From NCBI GenBank assembly GCA_038496445.1, contig JALMLS010000220.1:1-64000 (forward strand): DNA of 64,000 bases, in the 5' to 3' direction. This DNA is from Trichosphaerium sp. ATCC 40318. Taxonomy: Eukaryota; Protista; Tubulinea. The notes under the pieces were generated by a model. The model was not told the origin of the DNA. It made no database searches and saw nothing but the letters and a program-made list of their open reading frames with translations. The translations under genes were made by a program, and so were the position numbers. Positions 24,433-35,934 of the stretch are shown piece by piece (position 1 is the stretch's first letter; each line of letters begins with the position of its first letter).

Positions 24433-26224
24433 ATGGCGTCAAGTGGTAACGACGTAATACAAGAAAAAAAAACTGTGATGCCTTTTATAGTTGTTGATGG
24501 TTGATATGGCGTTTCATTGTGTATTATACCCTTCCTTCGCTATTTTATGTTGTATATAACACGTTGTGGGCGTTTTAAATAAGTTTTATCAAGGTGATAG
24601 AGTAAACCGATCTGTAATGCTCTAGTTTTATATCGGCTCGCTTTCATTGCGTATTTTTACGCTATTTTGATGGTTCTCACACCTTTTTTTATCCGTTACT
24701 CATCATGACTTTATAACGTTAAAATTTTGATCTTTGGAGAAGGGAAGCAACATGCTTAGTCCTCACATAGTACGTTATGAATAGTTGTATACTCTCTAGG
24801 ATTATTTACTTGCTAAATCACTACAAAGTATAAAAAGCGGTATAAACAATACACAGACATATTCTGGATTGTTGTAGGACTTTTATCATTGGTATTTATG
24901 CTTTACCTGCTTCATTTGTATTATAGTTGGTTATACGCTACCCCAGTGCCTCCACCTCAAATCACGGACACTGTACAGCATGTTGCGCGTGATTCAAAAG
25001 TACGTCAGCTGTAGGGCGGAGAGTCTCTCGTAAATGGTATAAAACGGTCTCAGAAATGCTTATTCCTTCGGTAGGAGAAGTTAGAACAACAAGGTCTCAT
25101 TAAAGAGTTAACTGCGAGTACTGAACTCCTAGAGGCTCAAAACAAGGCTTTGAAGCAAAAATATGATACACTAAAGGTATGGGTAACGATTTGACACGCA
25201 TCTAATTTCTAAATGCAGGCAGAAAGTGTCAGAAAAGACAGGGCGACTAAACAGCTCGGAGAAAAGGCAGAGGCTTGTAGAGTTACCCAACAAAACGAAG
25301 TGGATGAATTGTGGTACCATGACGAACAGTGGTATGAAAATCGGAAAGTAAGTTATTCGTTGCTAAATTTTTGAAAAAATCGCGTCATTATCACGTGACA
25401 ACGTTATCGTTTATATTTTAATATCTTCAACGTTCTTATATTAATATCTAGAAATTAATTCGTAACCGTGATGCGCTTAATGCCAAGCTACAAGAAGAAA
25501 ACGAGGAATTGAAGGTACTTTTTTTTTTTTTTTGGTCATTCAAAGACCACTCTTCTCTCCTCTCGCTATACAATTCGAGGTTGTTCATTTTTTGGTTACC
25601 TACCACCTTTGGTATTTTATGGGTCACTAAATTTCGATAGCAATCACTTGGAGAGTTATTTATGCAATCAACAAATCATGTTGCAGACAACCTTAAATTA
25701 GAGGCAGACATATATGAGTACATAACTGAACAGTGCCACTGGAGAAATGCTCATTACCGTGAACAAACCCCATATGTGCCTAATAAATGTGTTGGTGCTG
25801 AAGCTCTTCAACATGTCAACAAAGTGCTTGTACTGCAGAGAAACGATCCAAACTTTAAAACAAATATTGAAGAAAAGGTAACTCTTTTTTGTTAAAACCA
25901 AACACAAAATGTTGTTATCTTACTCACCCCACTTAAGGCACTTCAAGTCGTACAGGCTAATACTATAAAAGAAGTAGGCTATTGTATGCACGATAACCTT
26001 AAAACTGCCGCAACTCTACTCAAGACGTAAGATACTCATGAATAAGTCTCTAGAAGAAAACTAGCTAACTTTTTTTTGTTTTATCCAGATGTGTCAAAAG
26101 AAAAGTGCATCAAGACGTTATATTAAAAAAACAAGATCCAAGGACTCTAAGAAAAGCATTTATGTATTCTATTGCTACACTTGCATCTGCTCTTGCCTTC
26201 CTTGGGTTGGTTGGACGCGGCTAG
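24433..26224 (+). CDS. Multi-exon membrane protein with coiled-coil region and C-terminal hydrophobic anchor
   Basis: N-terminal hydrophobic exons, heptad-like exons (KELTASTELLEAQNKALKQKYDTLK) and a final exon ending AFMYSIATLASALAFLGLVGRG*. Confidence 0.55.
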
Positions 26225-26256
26225 ATTGTGGAACTAACCTTCGTATCCACAAAAGG

Positions 26257-27854
26257 TTACATTTTTTTCTCTTCTTCTGTAATTACCTGTAAAGAAATAA
26301 CAAGGCTGGAATGATCTTTGTGTCTTTCGACATTAATCATGAAAGCAAAAGTATAAATCCCCTTCACTAAACTGACAGTTTGAAACATCATTTTAGTGAA
26401 ACATTTTAGACTTTTTAGTGTGCTTGTTGATAAACTCAAGCTGTTACACTGCTTGACCAACGCACCGAACACGCTCGTGTATATATTTATTATATTTGCT
26501 TTCACGAGAAGCTACAGGAGTTCGGTTTTTAAGTTGCTCGTTCTACCTTTGGTGCAAATATGCTGTCATCAATTGCAACATCCAATTCTTCATTCTCATC
26601 GTACTCAAGGCCTTCTTCAGCGTATTTATCTTTAATAAACTTTGTTATATCATATTGTACAGTACCTATAAGCTAGTATTACGAAAAATGGAAGATAACA
26701 CAACTCTCATTTTATGAAAATTGAAAGCACTTACCGCCGAGATCACAAGTAAGCTGATCAGCTTCAACATAATCTGTAACTGTCTTTCTTGTACAGAATA
26801 TAACACGTGATGCAAATTTTGCGCTCATCATAGGACGAATTATATACCATACCATATAGAACCAAGTAGGACAATCAACAAGAATAAATCTACCAACACG
26901 TGCAGGGAAACGATTTTGCATTGTGTAGAAAAACTGTGAAGCATAATTCCTTTCAAAATTAGCCCATGCCCATCCTGAAAGGTGTCTAAATTAGAAAGGG
27001 TGGTACTCAAAGTTGTGGTGATAGATTATGGTAAACGGGGACAACGAATGCCAAATATGAGGTTTTCGACATGCAACGCATTGGGTTTTTTTTGTTTGCA
27101 TTTATCACGTGCCTTTCATATCAGCAATGAATGTGAAACCAAAAAATTGTACGTGTTGAGTTTTTACAGCTTGTTCTAGTAAGTAAACAACAGTTGTCAT
27201 AAGCTCTGGTACTGGCATCTAAGAGAGTTAAAAGTTACATACTAAATAACAAAAACTCCTTAGACTATGTACCTCTCCGGGGTAGTAAGCTCCTGGACGC
27301 ATATAAAGAATGGATCTATCCTCGTTATCAACTGTTCCCGGTAGCATGATAATTTGACGTTGTAGAGTACGTCTACACTTGCGTATAGATATTGCTTCTA
27401 ATCCCATACTATCATACCTATTTTGATAAAAGGTCAGACAACCTTAGTGGTCCGAAAATAACGGAATTTTATACCAAGTTGAGTAGTTCTTTAGTATTTC
27501 TATTGCGCGCTTCACATCGAACTTTTTGGCGCGTAGGAATCGTAATAAGACGATATCGTCGTAGTTTCGGGTAACACCTTTGTCTTTGTACGTTTTTTTC
27601 ATTGATTCTAGTGCCTATCGCGTAGAATTAACCGTATGAGGTGTTTTGGAGATAAAATCAGAAAAATAACGCTTATTGTTTACCTTTTTTTGTATATCGG
27701 ACAAAGAGGATAGCGCCTCCTCGTCTGTGGCTGGTACGTGCACGTCTTCACCAAATTCCTCTATTGCAAGCTTATTTAGCATTTTTAGCCTCTTTGCTTC
27801 CTTTTTAGCATTTTTCTTTTCTTTCTTCGCCTGCTTAGAGTCCTTGTTATCCAT
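26257..27854 (-). CDS. CRAL-TRIO (Sec14-like) lipid-binding protein
   Basis: LIRFLRAKKFDV, MQNRFPARVGRFILVDCPTWFYMVWYIIRPMMSAKFASRVIF...QLTCDLGG. Confidence 0.88.
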
Positions 27855-28499
27855 CTCTGCGTAGTAAACTTTGATTGTAAGGTCACTCTAAAGCTGAATG
27901 ATCATCAAAAGTCAACAAACTCCGATTAACTTTTAGCATTTTGTGCAAGGTACTCTTGGCGTACTTGGTTGGACAATGTAACGATATGTTAGACGAGAAG
28001 TCTCGAGATTGGATTCATAGAATTATCAGAGTATTCACGTGCTCAGAGAGACTCCGTGATTATATCGCTATCTAGCGATTGTGTTTGAATGACGTCTAAG
28101 TCTTGTGTAGAATCTAATAAATTAGTTAGCAAATACTTCACAACTGTTCCGTTACAGCCAAAGCGAATATGGTCCCAGAGAGCCGTTTTTGTACCTGATT
28201 TGACGAAAACGTGAATCCAAGTCGCTCTGATTTGAAGCAAGCTCAGAAGTAAAAATCGTTTGTAAATAACCGTACGTCACATTTCCAATGCACGTGTCAA
28301 TAAAGTGTCCCGTCAAGAACTTTACTTTACTACCTCACGTAAGTGTAAGGCTAATCGTATCACAACTACTTTTATACGTTGGTTTAAGGCAGATAGCTTT
28401 TTCAATTAAGAGTACAATATTGTTCCCCAGCTACAACGCTTTGTTCTTCTACGTATGCTCTTGCACCAGAAGGTACACTGTTTGTACTGAATGAAATCA

Positions 28500-28810
28500 T
28501 GTCTATTGGTATTTGTTTTGCAACTTTTGGCTGGTATACCTTGTATGGAGATGTATGGTTGCACAATATGATACTTTACTGTGTTTGGCAGGTGTACAGC
28601 ATATTAACTTGTTGTAGATCAGTAACAAATGATGGATAAAACAATTAGTTGTTGACGATAGTTTAAAAGCACTTACTGGATTACAGACAATACTTCTTGA
28701 TGATACATGACAGATAAAGGTTTACAATAATTGGTTGGTGTTAAATGCATAAGCCTTATTGGTGTTAAGAAAATTAATCTAAATAACTGCATTCAAGTGC
28801 CTACAGTTTA
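28500..28810 (+). pseudogene. Decayed leucine-rich-repeat (Cys-containing LRR) remnant
   Basis: Interrupted fragments LAGVQHINL..CRSVTNDG*KQL, SLKALTGLQTILLD, MTDKGLQ*LVGVKCISL, GVKKINLNNCIQV, with stops and frameshifts. Confidence 0.5.
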
Positions 28811-28926
28811 CGCTAAACAATGTTCAATGAATTTTTCCTTTTTATTGTGGCTACTATACAAGTCAAACTCTTTCATTTTTTTATAGCAGCTAGTTACTTT
28901 ACAAGCTTTCACAGCACCTCATTGGT

Positions 28927-29664
28927 ATGAAGCAGAGTACCAGCAGATTTGATTATTGTAATTTATTTGTACTTCCAGTTGAGATACAGCTTGATATTAT
29001 TGATTTAGACTATGAACTGTATGTAAAGTGGCCTATTTTATCAAAATATACAGCAATGACAACAAGGTATGATCGAGACTTGAAGAAGCATGGCAACTGG
29101 ATGCATAAAACAAATGAAAGAATACCTTTTCAACTTTGGCGTAGAAACCGTGCTTGGGGTAAGCAAGACACTACCAGAATTACTAAACAACATTGGAGAC
29201 ATGGAAAACGTCATGGTGAGTACAAGAAATGGTACAAAAATGGTCAGGTTGGTGCGGAAGGTAATTACGTCAATGACAACCAAGAAGGAGTTTATACAAG
29301 TTGGTATGATAATTCCCAAATGAAAGAACAGTGTTATTACATAAATGGACAACGGGAAGGAGAGTGCAAGAGGTGGTATGATACTGGTAAACTGTTTGAT
29401 CATTGTGGCTATGTAAATGGAAAAAAGGAAGGGGAATATAAGTCATGGCATTGCAATGGACGCTTGAAGTGTGAATGTAGATATGTTGATGGTAAACGAG
29501 AGGGAGAATACAAGTGTTTTAAACCAAAGGGTAGAAGGTCTGTTTATTGTCACTATGTTAATGGTAAATTACATGGAGAATATAGAGAGTGGAAAACCAA
29601 AAGACCATTCTTTATCAAGCGGTTGTACATACATGGTAAACGACAAAACAAAAGCACCAAATGA
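28927..29664 (+). CDS. F-box-like + MORN-variant (YwqK-type) repeat protein, intronless
   Basis: N-terminal LFVLPVEIQLDII followed by about six 24-aa repeats (HGEYKKWYKNGQV...NYVND). Confidence 0.8.
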   Translation: MKQSTSRFDYCNLFVLPVEIQLDIIDLDYELYVKWPILSKYTAMTTRYDRDLKKHGNWMHKTNERIPFQLWRRNRAWGKQDTTRITKQHWRHGKRHGEYKKWYKNGQVGAEGNYVNDNQEGVYTSWYDNSQMKEQCYYINGQREGECKRWYDTGKLFDHCGYVNGKKEGEYKSWHCNGRLKCECRYVDGKREGEYKCFKPKGRRSVYCHYVNGKLHGEYREWKTKRPFFIKRLYIHGKRQNKSTK

Positions 29665-29839
29665 TCACATATGAGTAAACGCAATTTCGTAAATGCAAGA
29701 AAGTTTGGCCGGTGTACAGTCTTTGTCAATGAATAGAGTGATAAAATATTATAAGTACTTGGTTGTTGGTTAAACGTAAAAGGAGTTTTCTACAATTTTT
29801 TTTATTCTTTACAATGCTAACTTCTGAGCGACCCGCGTG

Positions 29840-30719
29840 TTACTCCACGTTAATAAGATCTTCAATAGTACTGATACCGTACAAATCTGAAATGATTTTA
29901 CCCAACGTTTCCTCTGAGAACATAGTATCCGACCACTCAGTTCTCTATTAATTTAGTTGAAAATCAAAAATCTTGTCGTCGAAAAAGGGTACCTGTCCAC
30001 GTGCCCAATCATAACGCTTAAATCGCTTATCGTTGTATGGATCAACAATCTCACCGTACTCATAAATTGCAATTCCATATTCAAGCTGACGGTTCCTACT
30101 CACGTGATTAATTTGAACAGTCAAATCGTTTCTGAAAGAAACAACAGTTTGCTTTTGTATCTTTTACGCACACAAATTTATCTCTCCAGCTATTTGTGTA
30201 TTCCTCTTCGACTGTTAGTTTCGACCAAACGCGAACACAGAATGAATTGATATGCAGTGGTAGATACATTTTAATTATGTCTCCCATGCTTAAAACACTT
30301 CGTCCGTCAACAGAAAGTATACATGAAATTGCAACCTGTTCTTTGACTTTAGGTTTGTACATCATCTTACCGGTGTCGTTCATAGCTAGTATGAAGTTAA
30401 CCAAAGAGAAATAGAAACCTGAGTCTGGAGTTTCTCCGTTCCCAACAGCGTGACGTTCTTAGATGAAGCACTTTTAACGATGCAGTGGGAAGTTAGGTAA
30501 ATTATGGTGTTTGCTCTGACCTTGTCATTGACGTACTTGTTGACGATGGAGAGGTGTGTTGAAGGTTGCTTTGGACTTTCGAACCTTTACAAGTGGCTCT
30601 TTTCGTCACGTGGCCGTAATAATTGACCTTGCACACTTACGAGGGTCTTACGGACATCAGAAAATAATAAAATAAAATAATAAAAAAATTGTACTTACAA
30701 TGGGCAGAGATGCTGTCAT
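29840..30719 (-). CDS. Hypothetical multi-exon protein
   Basis: ATG exon MTASLPI|gtaagt and further exons bounded by GT-AG ending ...YGISTIEDLINVE*. No family recognised. Confidence 0.45.
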
Positions 30720-31044
30720 GTGTGTTGACTAAGAATGAGAAAATAAAAAGTTTAAGCGACGGTTTGTACGAAAACCCAAATTAGTGATAATAGGTAACCA
30801 CGTAACGCGGACAAGAAAAAGTGTTGGGCTGAGCTTCTTGTTGTTCATGAAACATGATTTTTTTAACACTTTTTTTTTGTAATCTTGTTGCGTCTTTGTG
30901 CCATATTTCTTTGCACTTTCGGAAATGCGGTATGGTGCGAAACAAACACATTGTACTTTTCCCGTTGTACCTGGTGCAAAGCTTAAGTCAGGCCTTGTTA
31001 AGCACCTAAGGTGCAAAGTTCTAACAGCTAAACTCAAAGCGTTT

Positions 31045-32076
31045 ATGCTCTGTGCAGGTTTACGCCTCAACGGCGTATCCTACTTGCACATACAGCATTA
31101 CACTAGCGTATCGAATAATTTTCGTTTACAAAACGTTAAATCAGTCCCCAGAGGGTACCATTATGGTACAGTATCTAAATGACGATAGTACACGGCTAAT
31201 TTCACAAAATTAGATGCGCACGTTGATTATCACTCCGTACTTGGCGTAAGTAGGTTCGCAACCGATGATCAAGTGAAACAAGCATTTTTACGAGTGCGTA
31301 CTATTACGGTTTCGAATAACCACTTAAACGTTCATAGTTAGCCAAACAGTACCATCCAGATGTCAATCCATCCAGTGAAGCGACTAAAAAATTTCAACAG
31401 ATTCAAAACGCCTATGATGTACGCCAAACGCGTTTTTACATCTAGCATGACCCTGACAAGCCATATTATAGAAGATAAAAAACAACAACTCAATGAAAGG
31501 CCAGAACGCAGCACAATCAGCTAGATATCAAAATTCAACATACTCATCGTACCGGCCAGGAGGAAGTAAGTACTAACCTCCATTTAATCATTTTTAATTT
31601 TCTTCGCGAATAAAAAATCCCGATTGTTAACCGTCCTTCTATAGCTGGCCATAGACGCGGTGAATGGTCTCAGAGCCGGAGACAGAGGTATTCTAGATAT
31701 CAACAGCAGTATCGCACATCTACAGGGTGGTATTACACTGCTAACAGGTAAGAAAACAAGCATAGTAAACTCATAAAAAAGAAATTTCGTTCGTCTTTTT
31801 TTTTTGTTGATGAAAAGCGAAATTCCACTTTCCGAGTTTGTCGTTTTGGCTTTTGAAGTTGCTTACAGTTTGATTTTTTCTAGGGCTTCTTTCAAGGAGT
31901 TATTCTGGAGGTTTAAGCATACATCAAGATTATATTTTTGGGATATTATACAAGTTTCTTTCTATGCATTTCTTCTTATTGTTCCAGCTTTGTTTATGAA
32001 CTGGTATAAAAACACAGCCAGACGTTATCGTCGATTACGTCGTAGAAAGTTTGTAAACGACAATGGAACTTATTAA
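31045..32076 (+). CDS. DnaJ-domain protein with C-terminal TM helix, possibly mitochondrial
   Basis: DYHSVLGVSRFATDDQVKQAFLR|LAKQYHPDVNPSSEATKKFQQIQNAYD. N-terminal presequence-like segment and C-terminal hydrophobic stretch. Confidence 0.8.
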
Positions 32077-32497
32077 TAGCATTTATTATCATGTATACAT
32101 TTACTTGCGAGAAACCAAAGTCGTCCCTTAGACACAATACAACTGTTGTATCATACAAAACTAAAATATATTTTTTTGTAAATAAAATTTTCGTGAAGCA
32201 ACTCACGAAGCTCTATTGCCGCTTCTTAGAAGTTTTTAATGACTTGTTCATATGTGAGTGAGAATACGAGGTAGTAGATCAAAAAAATCGCATCATTTAG
32301 CATGGAATGTTGGCACTTGAGGTGCGTTTGACGTTGGTGTTTGCTCACTTTGTCAAGTGGATACGAGCTGGTATAAATACGTCATGTTATCAACTTGACA
32401 CAGATTGAACGGAGATATCATGTTTTATTTTATTTTTTCGAGAACATTTCCAGTTAACTTCAAGAACACAGCATTTTATTAGTGCAAGCGGGTTTTT

Positions 32498-33999
32498 TTA
32501 TGAACATATTGATGAACACTCAGAAACCCTATCAAGTAATGTGCGTATCTGTTGAACAAGATCAGCTAACTCTTCGCCAGAGCACTGCTGAGACGATGGC
32601 GGTGTTGTAGCAGGTGGTTCAGTTGTAGAAATAGGTGCGTTCGTCGGTGGTTCATCGGATGGGGCAGGGTCTTGTACAACAAGGTTGAACAATTGCGCAA
32701 CATCACATATTTGGCTAGTCGTATCATAAGTGAAATGTTTACCACTTATAAAAAGGCAGCATGAATTTGAACGTGCCGTGGTGCGTTTCCAGAGTAGCTT
32801 ACAACACCATCGCCCATGTTAGTAATGGCAGCGTATAAAGGAGTTGATGCAGTTCCTTGACCATTAGCGTTAGGCCAAGCCGAAAAAATCTAAGAAATAA
32901 AAAAGAAATGTGCACCTCCTGTAGTTGTAAAATCAAAGGTACACATAAAACTAGCGCCATCATTAAGCAGAATATTAGATGCACTAATTCCATTGGCGCC
33001 TGGAACGAATGTTTGCTAGCATTTTGATTAAGTAAGCAGTTCACGTGATAAAAAAACCCAGACGTACACCAAATGTACATAGTCTTGTTGTTGGTATTAC
33101 AGTTCCAATGGATTGAGGAATAATAAAATCTACGCTAACAGTTTCATCCGTAGCAGGTACAGATACGAAATTAGTACATGTTAGTGTTACACTAATCGTA
33201 TCACCTTTAACACAGTTAGACTGATCACAATTCCTCACTAAGCAAAGAAATGCTCACCTGTTTGGGCTGGTACTGGTACTGCTTGACCACCAATACTAAA
33301 CTTGTGTGTACATATCACAGTTGGAGAAGGACATACAACATTAAAGTTGATAGTTGAAGCGGATAATCCAGCCGTTGTGACTTGCACACCCGTTACGGAA
33401 GTTAAAGCAGACGGATTCGGTATGGGCATGCAGAGTGTTTGCACTGATGACGAAAACGAAGGAAAAGAAGCTTCAACACTTCCTGTAGCAGTTTGTGTAC
33501 TAATAGATATATTACCGCCCGTTGATCTAAAAACAGAAACAACCCAACAACCTAAATATAGAGTGAGAAACAGTAAAACACGTGTGAAGTAAAAGACTCA
33601 AGCAATTTAGTATAAAAATCGTTGGTACGTACTGGCGCCAATGGTAGGCGTGTTCAAGTTGATGGGAGGGTTATACGGTAGTCCATCTGGTGCGCTGTAA
33701 TTGAGTTCACAAGAACCAAGAACGGCTGAACCCATTACCATTGAAAAAGAGGAGCCAAGTGAATTACACCTAAGGCTACGACCAAAGAAGTTTTGGGAGA
33801 TACTGGCTGTCATTGTACGTTCTCCACCATAACCTCTAACATTTGAAAAAGTTGAGGAAAAAACTGGCACTGATCCGTTTGCTTCCAAGTTAGCTGATAT
33901 GACCGCCCAGTCATCTAGTACTGTATCTGAAGTAAAACTCTGCGGTTGTGCCGCTACGCAAGCCAAGAGAACTCCAATAGCAGTAAGCAATATGTTCAT
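32498..33999 (-). CDS. Secreted beta-rich protein with Pro/Thr linker and C-terminal Cys-capped coiled coil
   Basis: Signal peptide MNILLTAIGVLLACVAA, GGERTM motif, PAPSDEPPTNAPISTTEPPATTPP linker and ELADLVQQIRTLLDRVSECSSICS*. Confidence 0.7.
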
Positions 34000-34490
34000 A
34001 CTGCTGATAGAAAGAGGGATTGACGCTACGGCGATTGTTAACGCTCAAAATGGGACAAGGTTCGGTCTGTTTTTTTTTTAAAATGAGGCGATATGCTAGG
34101 TACGTACGTTGCTGTGTTTACCCTTATGATAGTCAATGTAGTGTGAAGTTGCCTTAACATGGGTTCCCAAGCCACGTGTGTATCGCGAACAGAAGATATA
34201 ATTTTTTCGTGTTTCGTATTCCATCCATAATAAGAGATAGGTGATTCCTGTAGTAGGTTGTTGATAGAGTTAAATGTTAAGATAAATTGTGATCTTGAGG
34301 AAGTACCGTAACTTGCTGTTCCTTCATTTTTTTCACTATTGTCAAATCACAATTTAATTTCGCACGTGCGTTTTTAAATTTATTTGTAAAATTCAATCAG
34401 AAATGTCATATTTTTCTTCTCAGTCTTGAGTTCTGGCCCAACTGCTTTTAAACACTTAATTCTTCATATATTGTAGCTTTATTAACTAAC

Positions 34491-35748
34491 TCAGTTTGCG
34501 TTCAGAAGTGCATTATTGAACCTCTTTCTGTATATCTCAATGGTATCAAATTCTTCATCTACTAGAAGCCATGAGAGTAGTGGAGCAATACGAAGCCACA
34601 CTTTTTCTTTGTGCATGCCATGAAGCACGTGAGCATCAACAAAATCTTTAAATAAATACATTTTTTCTTTTTCCAGCATCGGCCATTCTGCTCTATCTAT
34701 ACGCCACCTATTGACATCATCTAATGGAACATACTCCTTGATTACAAAGCTTGATTTCTTAAGTAGAATTGAGACAAGCATTTGATCCATAAACCACCCA
34801 ATTGATCCTTTTGGAGGATCAGAAAAGTCATTGTATTTAAAAACTTTGTCAAGAATTTTAAGTGTTTCGTTAATGAGTGAGGTTGGTGTAAGTTCTTTGT
34901 TAACTGGTAATAACTTTTCCCAAGCCAACGGACTTGCACCTATGCTTTTAAATGGTAGTCAGATGATGAAACACAAACAACAACAAAAAATAGCAATATA
35001 GAAAATTTGCTGTGAGCTGTTTACCTATGCATTGGATACATTTGTACTATCGTGCTTTCATATCTGAATTCTCCACAACATTTAGCGTTGAAAATAGAAA
35101 AGGAGTTGTCATCAAGGCTGTCAGGAACAAAAAGCTGCCAGAAATAAAAAAATCATTTTTGTTTTTCTCTTGAAGTACTTTCGACTTACTTTTGGATTTA
35201 TAGGCCAAATATCGACATCAGAAGTAAACGTATACTCATAAGTATCTCTGACACCTTTTAAAATACTTGCAAAAACTCTACCAACCTGAGAAATGACAAC
35301 ACTCCTGGATTTTGTTGGTGTATCTAACAAATATATGTTTACGCTAGAAATCTCCTTCAGCTCTTCCAGCACTATTTCTAACGCTCTGCCTAACTTCTTA
35401 TCAATTACAAGGTATCGATGCACCTAACACGTACAATGACTAGGGCTTTCACAACGATCAAAATCAACTATCAAAGCAACAGTATCGAAACCAAAACGTC
35501 TCCAAATCCTTGCGGTTATTGGCAACATAAAAGCATATTCAACACGTGATGTAGATGAAATAATAACAGCTTTCTTATTTATACGCCTTATCATAAGGTA
35601 AACTCAAAGAATACGCGAAATAAACGTACTGGGGTTCAATCTGACCGTCTTCAACTATCTTTTGTTTAGAGTACATAATACTCGCTATAAAAACATAGAC
35701 GGCTATACCGAGTATCAGAGGCAAGTATCGCACCACCCATGGCTTCAT
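34491..35748 (-). CDS. Type II membrane putative glycosyltransferase-like protein (DxD motif)
   Basis: N-terminal TM (YLPLILGIAVYVFIASIM), SQVGRVFAS, YTFTSDVDIWP and WFMDQMLVS. Confidence 0.6.
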
Positions 35749-35934
35749 AGACTCGAGTAGAATTAAAATAAAATACAAAACTCTTTGACTATTGCTGACC
35801 ATCGAGTTGCTTTTTTTTAACCAAGATATTGCCACATGTGACTCTACACTCACAATAGAAAATTATATAACAACGACAAGAACAAGGGGTTTTGTATAAC
35901 GTTTATATGCGGATTTTTTTTGAAAGTTTTTTTT

